NCBI GenBank assembly: GCA_009602735.1
Contig: WELA01001870.1
Coordinates: 110,202 to 174,201 of the forward strand
Direction of reading: 5' to 3'
DNA: 64,000 nt
DNA from: Mesotaenium endlicherianum
Taxonomy: Eukaryota
Shown here: positions 36,380 through 47,900 of the stretch, one piece after another
How positions within the stretch are numbered: position 1 is the first letter of the stretch
Layout of the letters: each line of letters begins with the position of its first letter
The notes under the pieces: model-generated
Seen by the model: the letters and a program-made list of their open reading frames with translations, nothing else
Told to the model about the DNA's origin: nothing
Database searches by the model: none
Made by a program: the position numbers and the translations under genes

Positions 36380-38998
36380 GCGGCTCAACTCCAGGCATCA
36401 GATTTGTAGTGGAGGTAACTGGGTAGGGTACTGGCAGCAACTCTTGCGGGCCGCGGTCCCTATTACTCACAGTTGCCAACTGCTTCATGATCTGGGGTTG
36501 CCATACCAAGGGTGTTGGCATGTTGATGTTTGTATAGCCTTCCTCTTCTTGCTTCATGATGTTGTCGGCGGCTTATGGGTATTTGTCGTTAACGCAGCTA
36601 TCTAGCAATCCGTAGTTTGCTTCTCCTGTGCAAACCATCTTCACAGGAATTTCTCCTGCCGGCTGCCGATTTGTTGACTGGTAAGTCACCCTCTCCTTCC
36701 GCAGATCAATGACCATGCCCAAGGGAATCAGTGCTTTTGTTCCCAAGAGAACATCATAGTTCACTGCCTCTGTTACTGTGCACTTCATGAGTAGTGACGC
36801 CTCTTCAGGTTTCTCTAGATTTACTGTAACTTTCACAGGCTTGCGGGTAATCCCACAAGACTTTGAGACTTATCCTGAGGCAATTCTCAGCTGAAAAGGA
36901 CTGAAAGGGGGAAGGGTGCGGGGAGTGCGCCCATACACACTCACGCACCCTCACCCGCGAGTGGAAGCGTGCACGAGGACCTTTCCTAGTTGCATACACA
37001 AGGTGGAGTGGCCTGGTGGTATGCCACCCTTGCAAGAGTTAGAGGGCTACATGAGAGAGGAGTGGAAAAGAAATCACTTTATTAAGAAAAGTCGTGTACA
37101 AGATAAGAAGGTTAGACTAGACTAGACTAGACTAACAAGACCCCCTCTTTTATGCTTCAACTCTAAGTGTCCTCTCTAGCAAAGTACCTCCAGAACCTTC
37201 TCCTATGGCTCCTTCCATGTAGGTGACCTTGCCTAGTTGGACAAGCTAGCACCCTCACACGCACACAATCACCCACTAGAATATTCTACTACACAATCCA
37301 CTAACTCCTCACGGAGTTCTAGAAATTCCACGATCACTTTCGCACTCTACGTAATTGTACGTACTTTCTGGAACCCTCATGTTTCAATGTCCTACTTCCT
37401 GGACTCCAACCGAAATTTTTGTCACTGGACCTGTCCTTGTCACTAAATAGAATCTGTGACATTAAAAACTCACTAAAAACTTCCAAAATTCATAACTTTC
37501 TCAATACTTGTCCAAATGACTTGAAATAAAGGCCAAAGTTCTTCTAAAATTACACTCTATGCATATAAAATACTAGAAAGATACAAACTACACCTTCATA
37601 AACTTACAAGGACTCTCTCTTTCAGGTCCCTTGTCGTCAATCCTAGACCTTTCACAGCTCGTTTTCCAAAATGACTGGCTGTGCGCCGGTATCCAACAGA
37701 ATGTTGGGAGCTGCCCAGTTGTTTAAGATCAATGCACCATCCTTATTTTGCATTCTCACAGTGCTAAAACTGGTGGGCAATGAGGCGCTATTTGCTCCTT
37801 CCTCAACTATGTCCAGCTGATGTCCGGCCTCTTCAACCGTGAATGGGTAAGTGATGTGCAAATCCGCGAGAGGAAGCAAAGGAGCCTGCTGGATCCGGTG
37901 TTCCACCAGAGCCTTCAGCTTCTCCAGTGAAAAAACTGAATGTCTTGCGCGACCCGGGCCTGGTTTGTCGTAGCTGTGAGATCTCGTTTTCATCCAGAGT
38001 TGTCCGAAAAGTCTGAGGAAGCTTCCCAGCATTCCTTGGCACCAGACGGCTCAACTCCAAGCATCAGATTTGTAGTGGAGGTAACTGGGTAAGGTACTGG
38101 CAGCAACTCTTGCGGGCCGCGGTCCCTATTACTCACAATTGCCAACTGCTTCATGATCTGGGGTTGCCATACCAAGGGTGTGGGAATGTTGATGTTTGTA
38201 TAGCCTTCCTCTTCTTGCTTCATGATGTTGTCGGCGGCTTCTGGGTATCTGTCGTTAACGCAGCAGTCTAGCAATCCGTAATTTGCTTCTCCTGTGCAAA
38301 CCATCTTCATAGGAATTTCTCCTGCCGGCTGTCGATCTGTTGACTGGTAAGTCACCCTCTGCTTCCGCAGATCAATGACCATGCCCAAGGGAATCAGTGC
38401 TTTTGTTCCCAAGAAAACATCATAGTTCACTGCCTCTGTTACTGTGCACTCCATGAGTAGTGACGCCTCTTCAGGTTTCCCTGGATTTACTGTGATTTTC
38501 ACAGGCTTGCGAGTAATCCCACAAGACTTTGAGACTTGTCCTGAGGCAGTTCTCAACTGGAAAGGGCTCTCTTTCAGGTCCCTTGCCGTCAATCCCAGAG
38601 CTTTCACAGCTCGTTTTCCCAAAATGACTGGCTGTGCGCCTGTATCCAAAAAAATGTTGGGAGCTGCCCAGTTGTTGAAATTTAATGCACCATCCCTATT
38701 TTGCACTCTCACGGTGCTAAAATTGGTGGGCAATGAGGCGCTATTCGCACCTTCCTCAGTTATATCCAGCTGATGTCCGGCTTCTTCAACCGTGAATGGG
38801 TAAGTGATATGCAAATCAGCGAGAGAAAGCAAAGGAGCATGCTGGATCCGGTGTTCCACCAGGGCCTTCAGCTTCTCCAGCAAAAAACTAAATGTCTTAC
38901 GCGTCCCGGGCCTGGCTTGTCGTAGCTGCGAGATCTCATTTTCATCCAAAGTGATCCGAAAAGTCTAAGGAAGCTTCTCAGCATTCCTTGGCACCAGA
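36380..38998 (-). pseudogene. Tandemly duplicated retroviral-type aspartic protease region; the downstream copy is interrupted by a solo LTR
   Basis: IFLDTGAQPVILG (ORF 37990-38949) and ILLDTGAQPVIL (ORF 37652-38032); YDV(F/L)LG in both copies; duplicated unit of ~950 bp with its junction near 38048. Confidence 0.88.
36902..37608 (-). mobile_element. Solo LTR of the same family as 25307-29984
   Basis: TG...CA ends; aligns with 25307-26020; perfect 5-bp target-site duplication AGGAC at 36897-36901 and 37609-37613. Confidence 0.93.
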
Positions 38999-40800
38999 CG
39001 GTTGTGATTTGCTTGCTCGGCAGCCATTGCGTCCACAGCCTTTTTAGGCATCAGCGTCTCGCCTTTGCAGACGGTCTTTTTTGCAATATCTGCATCATAG
39101 TAGACATTGGGCGCGTTTAGTTTCGCAAACTGAGCTTTCAACTCAGCGATTTTTGCACTCATAGCTTCATACTTCTGGTTACCCTTACGGGGACCAGAGG
39201 CACCCTTTTCTTTCTTTTTTTCCTTGTCTGCCTCTTTTATGGCAGCATTTGCCCAAGGCGATTTTAAGTTTGGGTTCTTAGACCAGCACTCATCTTCTAA
39301 ATGTCCCTTCTTGCTGCGATGTGCACATATCTGTGCCTTGCTAGCAGATAATTGCTTAGCATCTGGGTACGGACAATCCCTCTTTTGATGTCCCGATTTT
39401 CCGCAATTCCAACAGCTCTCTGCGGTTTTAACCGTGTTGGCATGCTTAGCAAACTTATGGAAAAACCCGCTCTTTTTCTTAAACTGAAAATTAGAGCTGT
39501 TGGCCTTAGGCAAAGAGAATTCCTCGCTTCTCTCAGGAGCCATAAGCCGCCTGGAAGCCTCTTCATACCATACTTAACCTTCTTCGATATTTCGGCTATT
39601 TCAGCCGCCTCGTCGATGTCCCAGTCAATCTCGTGCTTGGCGAACAGATGTGGCCTGATTTCACGATCTGTTTCCTTGCCCAAGCACAACAGAAACTTGT
39701 TAGCCACTATTCTGGGCTCGTATATTTTTGCCTTTTTGGCGAGGTCTACCAATCTGGATTTGACCTCCATGACGGTCTTGTTCTTCTGACGAACAAAATA
39801 CACATAACGGTGCACCTTAAGACTGCGATCCTCTTGGAATCGTGCTTCAAGCAACTTAAAGAAACGGCGCAGACAATGCTCGGGGTCTAGTTGGTCATCC
39901 CCAGCCTCCATTCCTTACGACAGCTAGCCAGGGCTTGCGCATGGCTTGCCTCTGCCGTGGCGCTATCGCCTTGCTGACCATGGAGAGGTGCAGCTCTGCG
40001 TGTTACTCGTTCCTGAGCATTGGCAATCTTTTCAGACAGTTCTGCACACACTTTTCGCAACTCTGCGACAGAGCCAGCATCATCGCTCTGAGTAGCAGCC
40101 CTTCGCTGACCCTCAATGAGTTGCCTCATGGCCTCTTGTGTCAGTGCAGCTAAGTCTATGCTCTCAACGGGTGCAGACGTCACTGTTCCTCCTGAAGATA
40201 AAGCAGACATTCGGGCTTTCGCAGCCTCTTTCTGGATTTTTAAATCCCTAGCCCTTTTCTGTTCTTCAAAAGCCCATTCCTGAGTGAGGTCCTCATCCTT
40301 CCGGAATTGGCGATATAACAGCAGGGCATCCTTGTCCAAGTACTGAACCAAGCCTATAAATGCGACAGATTGTGTATAAGAAGAATCCTTTCGAATCTTC
40401 TCAAAGAATTCTGCCCAATAGATCTCATCAAACTCTTCGAAAGTGAGTTTTCGCTGGTTCGTCCGCTAAAACACTTTGCAGACAGCTTGAACTTAGGATT
40501 TTCATCCCGATCATCACCGGCCATTTTGAACGGTGACCAGGACTCACTGACTCTTCCCCACACGTCTTGCTCTCTGCCCAAATCAGGTGCAAAGGCTCGT
40601 GTGTTATCCGGGTTCTCACCGCTTGCGGAGGTATGACGAGACTCGTCTCTCGACGGTTGCTCACTCCACCGGTTGTCAGTATGCTCAGACGTCTCACTTT
40701 CTCGTGGACTCTGGCTAGAATCAGAACCTTCTACAGGCTCCACAGAGTGGTAGAGTCTTCCACTCCTCAACCGCATATACAGTTGAATTTCTCCGGGTCC
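38965..40800 (-). pseudogene. gag with zinc knuckles, disrupted
   Basis: CWNCGKSGHQKRDC (CCHC) plus a degenerate CAHRSKKGHLEDEC; capsid-like and coiled-coil ORF fragments at 39297-39911, 39887-40351 and 40354-40878; MRLRSGR start-like motif. Confidence 0.8.
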
Positions 40801-40894
40801 CTTTCCAGGTTGAACACCAGCAGCCTTCACAGGCCTCAATCCCCAAGTGACTTGGGATTTCTTGTTCACCTGAACCAATCAACAAGTTCTTAGA

Positions 40895-42120
40895 AGTAGG
40901 ACAGAAGCGTCCTACTACCACACAGGCTTTCGCCCAAGTTGAGGATTTACAAGATGAACAAGTTTGTAGTTTGCAGAAATCACGTCTAAGCAGCTTAACA
41001 GGCAATGCCAAATTCAGAGAAAATTGCCCTTCAAGGCTTTTGCTTAACTTCCACAAGTCACAGCTTACAAAATTCTGAAACTGCACATCTATGCTGGCCT
41101 TGCCTGAGCTCTTCACTCAACACCGCGCCTTAACAACTCTTCACTGCTCGGCTGGGCTCACTCAGTTCTTCACTGAGAGCTTTACTTGTTAAGGCTACTC
41201 TTGCTATCAGCAATTCAACAATTGAGACTTCTGAGAACTTGGAAACTAACACAGCACTCACCATTTTGAGTGTCCCTCGCACGCTTGTGGTGTGTGACCC
41301 AAATCTGTGCCAATCTCCTAACAGATTCTATTCTGCAGCTCTCTACTTTCTACCACCGAGATCCTCTCTTGGGAACTCCTGAGATCTAACCTTTCTATGA
41401 TACACTTAGGAAGATGTCTTCCAGCGTCGACAGAAGCGTGGCGCCCCGGCTCTTCTATGGCCTTGGGAACTCCTTCTTCTTCGCGCTCCTTCTGCTTCTT
41501 TAACTTCCTTTGACAACGATGCGAGCAAGAATGAGGCAGCTTCAGGCAGGATTCGTGCCTTTCACAGGCACCACAAATTATCCTCTCTCGAGAATGCCAG
41601 TGCTTAGTCACAGCGCTTAGCTTGCATGCCGTCCTTACCCAGCAGCTCCCACACAGCTTAGAAGTTGTCATTCAACATGCATGCATGCCCTGGGATTGTC
41701 GCGCGTGACCGCTTAGTCTTTCAGTTGGCACCCACGCCTATGTGGCTGGCTGGCAGCGTTCAGAATGAACGCTCAAGCCGTGACTAGTCACCTGGGGATC
41801 TTGGCCGAGGTGGCACACAACTCCTTTGCAACATCCCTGTTGTACTTGGCTTAGATCGCCAATTGATCAGCACCTTTCCGGGCACTTGCTGGTTCCATAC
41901 CCCTAGTCTTTCGGCTGACTACTTTGTTCAAATCCCCATCCATTCCTGGGTGTGGGTTCGACGTGTCGTGACCACTTTGACAGTGATAACGACTTTGACA
42001 TGACCGCTGACTGAGAGAACTCGGTCCTTTGGTCGGCGAGTCAATGCTGACTTCGCGTACCTGAGCGGTCGTGACTTGCGCTGCGCGTGTGGCACCGTCA
42101 AGTGGATAGCAGTCGCGACA
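40895..42120 (-). repeat. Terminal repeat A1 (~1.23 kb), 5' end of the DNMT-bearing element
   Basis: Direct repeat of 23938-25203; begins TGTCGCGACT on the minus strand and runs straight into the gag leader with no B copy. Confidence 0.9.
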
Positions 42121-42224
42121 AAGATTTGATTTTGTCACTAAGGTGTACGTGCCGTACCGAATTGGAAAATATGTCATGTAATCTTATCTTAACACAATAA
42201 GCACTGTCTACTTTTTGGAAGCTA

Positions 42225-43761
42225 TGTCGCGACTACTATCCGTTTGACGGTGTTGCACGCGCAGGCAAGCTACGGCCACCCAGGTACGGAAAGTCAACGT
42301 TGACTCACCGACCACTTGACTGATTACGTCGCAATCAGCGGTTATGTCGGCGTCGAGACCACTGGCAAGGGGTTAATGTCAATGTGCCCCACACCCAAGA
42401 ATGGGGGAGGTTTTGACAGCATAGACAGCCGCGAGGCTAGAAGCTGGGGATCAGTGATGAGCCGCCCAGCAGGTACCAAGTCAGGTATTGTGTGACTGGC
42501 AGATTAAGCCAGGTCATGGCCGCAATGCCAAGATAGATTACGGCTGCCCGGTTGGGAATCTTGAGCAAGTGGCATTTGCTTGTACACACCGCTCAGGAGT
42601 TCTTAGCCATGAGCCAATTAGGCGTGACTGCCAGCTGAGAAGCTAAGCAGCCACGCGCGGCAGTCACGAGGTGTGCATGCATGCTGAGTGACTACGAGTT
42701 CGAGTTGAGCATGGCTAGGCAGAAGCAACATGCAACTAAGCTTTGTGACTAAGCACGGCATTCTCGGAAGATGACGCTGTGTGGTGCCTGCGAAAGGCAC
42801 GAATCTTGCCTGAGACATGTTATTCACTCACGCATCGTTGTCGAAGGAAGCTAAAGAAGCAGAAGGAGCGCGAAGAAGAAGGAGTTCCCAAGGCCATAGG
42901 AGAGCCAGGGCGCCACGCTTCTGCCGACGCTGGAAGATTTTGCCCTAAAGTGTATCATAGAAAGGTTAGACCTCAGGAGTTCTTAAAAGAGGATCTCACT
43001 GGTAGTAAGTAGAGAGCTGCAGAATAGAATCTGTTAGGGGATTAGCACAGATTTGGGTCAAACGCCACCAGCGTGCGAAGGTCATTTAAAATGGTGAGTG
43101 CTGTGTTAGTTTTCAAGTTCTCAGAAGTCTCCATTGTCGAATTGCTGATAGCAAGAGTAGTATTAACAAGCAAAAGCTCTCAGCGAAGAACTGAGTGAGC
43201 CCAGCCAAGCAGTGAAGAGCTGTTAAGGCGCGGTATTGAGCGAAGAACTCAGACCAGGCCAGCATAGATGTGCAATTCAGAGTTTTGTAAGCTGTGACTT
43301 GTGGAAGTTAAGCGAAAGCCTTGAAAGGCAATTTTCTCTGAACTTGACATTGCCTGTTAAGCTGCTTAGACGTGATTTCTGCAAACTACCAACTTGTTCA
43401 TTTTGTAAACCCTCAACTTGGGCGAAAGCCTGTGTAGAAGTAAGACGCTTCTGTCCTACTGTAAGAAGAACTAAGGCAAAGCAAGTATTTTAAAATTTTC
43501 TTCTAAGTCTTAGGATAAGCAGATGGTGAGAGCTGGGTGAAGGAGAACGATGCCCCGAGTGTTGGTCATGGTTGCATGGTGCAAGTTCAGGAGCCCAGGG
43601 ATGGGTTAACCCTAGTCAGGCTTGTCACCGACACACTTGCGAAGGTTGATCTACCATGTTTGCCCACATGTGAGGAGGGCCACCGACACATTGACCAGGT
43701 CGAAGTCACACTTGCTGGAAGGCTACGCAAGTGCCGAGGGACTGACACTGTTAGGCACACA
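42225..43761 (+). mobile_element. Solo A-B unit of a related subfamily, inverted relative to the main element
   Basis: Starts TGTCGCGACT; 42225-43460 is the reverse complement of A; 43460-43761 is a longer, diverged B ending ACACTGTTAGGCACACA. Confidence 0.8.
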
Positions 43762-44924
43762 GCAACTTCGACCGTATAGAAAAGCTGTACAAGGGTGACG
43801 CAATTGGAGGCAAGTAGAGGTACCTAGGCCAACCTAGGCAGCAGGGGCTGTAATTGTATGCTAGAAATAACCCATTACAACTCATATTACCTGACCGAAG
43901 TCCAGTGATACCGACTATAGTTCCGTCGACCCGAGTCGGGCGAGTTGGGCTGAGTAATATATACGGTGTTGTCGGGTTGCATAACAGTTTCCATCGGAGG
44001 TGAAGCATGCTTGAAGCGTCACCTTCAAGCACCTTGAAATCAAGTTTCATTCTTCAAGTGTCTACCTGTCAAGGGCATTGAAAGGACAATTGGGAGGTTC
44101 TGCTTCATAGATTCTGCAGATGTGCCAGGATTCGGAAGATACTGGATAGTTTCTTTAATATTTGTCTTTTGGAACAGCAATTGCGAACATTTAGTAGAGT
44201 ATCTTAGTCAGCTATGACAGCAGACAGATACAGCTAGGTGAATTCATAGATAGCACATGATGTACCCATCTGTCTATTGGTTTCACTTCTGTCACTACGG
44301 TTCTCAAAATTTACTCTTGTGGCTTAATTGTTAGCATTCTGTGAGGTGCGTTGTCGAAATAGTTGAAAGCATTGCAGCTTCGTAAATACATCAGCGACCC
44401 TATCGTCCCCTTGCAGTTTGAGTTATAAGTAAACGCGTTCGAATTCAAATCACTAACGTAAATGGATCTATGATATCAATCTACATGTGCATGGGGTGAA
44501 GAGCTCAACGGACTGACAGCAAAAGCTGCAGAGCTGAGGAACTAGAATGAAGATCATTGGAAGTTCTTCTTTGTATGTGTCTATGGTCTGCTGTGTAGTA
44601 TTACAGTGCGACATCCATAGGTTGCCATAGAAACATTGTGTTCAGAAGCAAAGGCTACCCCTTGTGAAGAATTAAGCTCACTATAGTAGCCAAGCTTGTT
44701 GCTTATGTACTTTAATACCATTATCTAAGTGCTGCCAGCTTCTATATTCAAGAATGTGGAGTTGTAGCTGATCAAGGTCCAAATGAGTTGCAGCTGATTG
44801 AACAGATCGAACCCTCGCTCTCGTTAGCTTAAGCCTCCAGATCCATGTATAGCTCTAAGTATAAGCCATGAGTCATTGCTTCTCATTCTGTGCAGTGTGA
44901 ACATGATATGCGCGCGATCAGGTC

Positions 44925-47900
44925 TTAAAACTCAGACTTGCGGAATTGGCTCTTGTAGCCAATAAGGCCCGCAGGGGCCGCTGAGTTGGCACCTGGGGAT
45001 GGTGACGTGGACGTCATGGAGAAGCTCTTTGTTAGACCAGGTGGCACCCAGGGGGACTTAGCAGCAGGAAGACTAGGAGTTTCCTTTGCATGCAGTGGGG
45101 ATATGGTGGGGGTAGGTCTCGCCGCTGTCTGTGACGGTGGGGAAGGGGGAGCTGGCATGACGGAAGCAGCCCGCATGTTTGGTCTAGCCCTGGCCTTGTT
45201 ACTGCCAGGTGGCAGCGTCAGAATGCTAGTGTGAGGCAGACTGCCGGTGGTAGGAGTGTGAACAGTTGCCTGGGAGCTTGGGGAGCGCTTAAGCCCTGGG
45301 TTTGAGCCAGGATGTGCCTGTGATGTGCCCATGGAGGTCGCCCGAGTGGTTGGGCCAAGTAGCTCGTCTGCCCAAGTGACAGCTGGCGAGCGCTCGCCGT
45401 GCAAGGCACGCCGGCCGCCGCCACGTGGCATGGCGCTGTCGGTCGTCATCCTGCTCGCCTCGGACCACAGCCACTCCGCCTCCTGCTGCAGGTTCGTTGC
45501 ACCCGTGGTCCGCACGTAGTTGCTCGTCATCTCTGACGCACCCGTCCACGCTGACCTGGTAGCAGCAGCAACAGCAACAGAGGCACACATTGCCATATAC
45601 ACCAACGGTCATCCACTCTGTGCTGACACTGCCGGCTGTGCAAGCTCTGCTACGTGCTACCTACGTTGACTGTGCTGACGGAGCAGGGGCACGCTGCTGA
45701 CTCTTCAGACTGTGCCGGCAGGGCAGGCCGTGCTGACTGTGCAGGCTGGCCAGACTGGTGAGTCAGCAAGGGGCAAGGAAGGGGAATGGGAGGAACTGAG
45801 ATGATGACAGGGGGGGCTCTACCTGAGCCCCTGCTGTTTGCTGCCTATCAGGGGAGCATCAGCCCGTGGGGAAGAGCAGGCAGCCGCTGCGGTTGGGCAG
45901 AAAGCAAAAGTGGTAGCTTCTGGGAGATGCCCTGGTCGACTTACTTGACACATCCATCCGTCCTCTCCTTGACATCAGTGGAGTGTGGCGAGAGTGGCAC
46001 GGCCGCTGAGGAGGTGTCGTCAGCTGACGTGTCGCGGAAACAAAATCGCCCGGCAAAAGCGCGAGGCTAATGCAACTCAACTTTGACATCACAATTCTGC
46101 ATGCCCACCACCTTCCCGTGTACACTCACACTTACCCAGACACACACACACGCACACTCACATGTGCACATACAAGCATATTGCTCACCCTGCAGCGTGG
46201 GCGCTGTTGCTCTCCCCGCCCCTCTCCCCGGGGAGGCTTTGACGTTTCTTCGCGACCCCTGGAGGTCCCTTGATGTCCCTGTGGGCCAGGGAGCCCTGGC
46301 CCCCATCCGACCTCGTCCTCTGGCCAGCTTTCGCCCTCTCGTCAGCCCGCCTCGGCTCGACCTTGTGGCCAGCTGTCACTTTCTCGTCCGCCATGGCCCC
46401 CAGCGCGTCCGCGATCCCGATAAGCCCTCCAAAGCTCTCACGCAGTTTCTTGTCTGCGGTCTTGTTCTGCCTCTTTGGTGGAGAGACTTCCACGCTGTCC
46501 ACAAGTGGCGGAACGTGAACGCACGTAGAGTGTGTAAGCATCCTTGTGTCATTGCTGCAATGCAACTACTGCGTAATAAATTTACTTGTAGAATTACTCT
46601 TTCTATGAAGCAGAGTCCCTGCAGACTCATAGAGCACTTGATTCAAGCTCACGTGATTCTCAATAAGTACTGCGAGGCAGCTATCTCGGGCTCCAAACGG
46701 ATGCAGCCACCTTGCATGTGCTGAATTGGCAACTATTGTGATGAATGTGTCCCCGTGAGAGTAATGCTGACCAGCGAATACATGAACTATGGGCAGCAGT
46801 CAAGAGGAACTGAAGCAGCTCGTAATCTATCATGATTCTATGTCCACGTTTGCACAATTGCAGCTTAGGTGGGTGCAATCATTGAGGTATAGCAAGAAGC
46901 AAACAGGCGCAAGGACGTCAAGGATCCAGTCTTGAAACATGGTTCTGAGAGCCAAATATGTTTACGAATGCAACCCTATCATCCATCAAAATGTACATCA
47001 AAAATTAAAAAAAAGGGCAGGAAAATTTCTTCTGCTTACTGCGTTGAGATTCGAATCTCTTTCTTACTGCCATTCTCCTCCATGGCATTGTTACGTGCCT
47101 TACTCCCGTTCGACCACAAGGGCCGGCCTGCAGAGGCCACGACATGTGGCAACAACAGAGGGGAGGCTGGCTTGGTCTTGCCAACATCCTCCTTCACCAG
47201 TAAATCATCGCCCAACTCCACCCCTGTCCTCATCCGGCTGCCGTTGCCAGCTGTCAAAAATGCCCTGGCCTGCTCTTCAAGCGACACCGTCATTTTAGGC
47301 GGGGATGCGGCGCCGAGCAGATGCTCGGGGAGCGTGCCACCTGGCGACCTGGGATACATGCCACCTGGTGTGGGCGTCAGCGCCGCCCGGCCCACTGGGC
47401 TGGCACCCCCCTGGCTCCCGCCCTCCGGGGGGCTTTCAAAGTTTCTCCGCAGCGCGTCAAAGTCGAGGGACCCGTGATAGGTTCGCGCGGACCTCGCCGG
47501 CTTGCTCGTGGGCGAAGCTGCGCCCCGGGGCGACTTGCTCTGCTGCTGCTGCGACGGCACAAACGACCTGCGCCCGATCGGGTGGAGCTCGACATCCGCC
47601 AAAGCGGCCATAACAGAGTTCGAAACTACAGACGCCAGCCTCGGGCTGCTCGCTAGGCCAGCGCCAGGTCGTGCCCTGTAGCTGCTGCTAATGCTACTTC
47701 TCAGCTGCTCTTGCGTTGCCACGCTCCCGCCCTCCTGAGCGCCCCTTGCCGCGCGCCCCTCCTCTCTGCCTGAGGCTGAGGCCGAGGCTAAGGCTGAGGC
47801 TGCCCCCTGATCCTGTGGGGCGATCTCCTTTTCCGTTGGATGTTCTGCATCTTGCGGCGAGCCTGACCCCAGGCTCCTCCGGTCCAGCAGCCTTCCCCCC

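Larger units (their letters stand above)
23727..42120 (-). mobile_element. Ty3/Gypsy-type retrotransposon carrying a C5 DNA methyltransferase and a PHD finger, with split direct terminal repeats A1-[gag-pol]-B1-A2-B2; degenerate, with nested insertions
   Basis: Domain order is gag, PR, DNMT, RT, RH, INT, PHD. A1 (40895-42120) matches A2 (23938-25203). B1 (25206-25306 plus ~29985-30096) matches B2 (23727-23937). Outer ends read TGTCGCG...CACGACA. A polypurine tract abuts B1. Confidence 0.85.

Noticed and set aside
35399..36557. Bacterial restriction-modification methylase from contamination or HGT
   Set aside because: The domain is embedded in retrotransposon pol, has a DNMT3-like motif VIII, and has no neighbouring endonuclease.
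23727..42120. Classification as a DIRS/Ngaro tyrosine-recombinase element
   Set aside because: I found no YR motif, and a clear HHCC-DDE integrase and aspartic protease are present.
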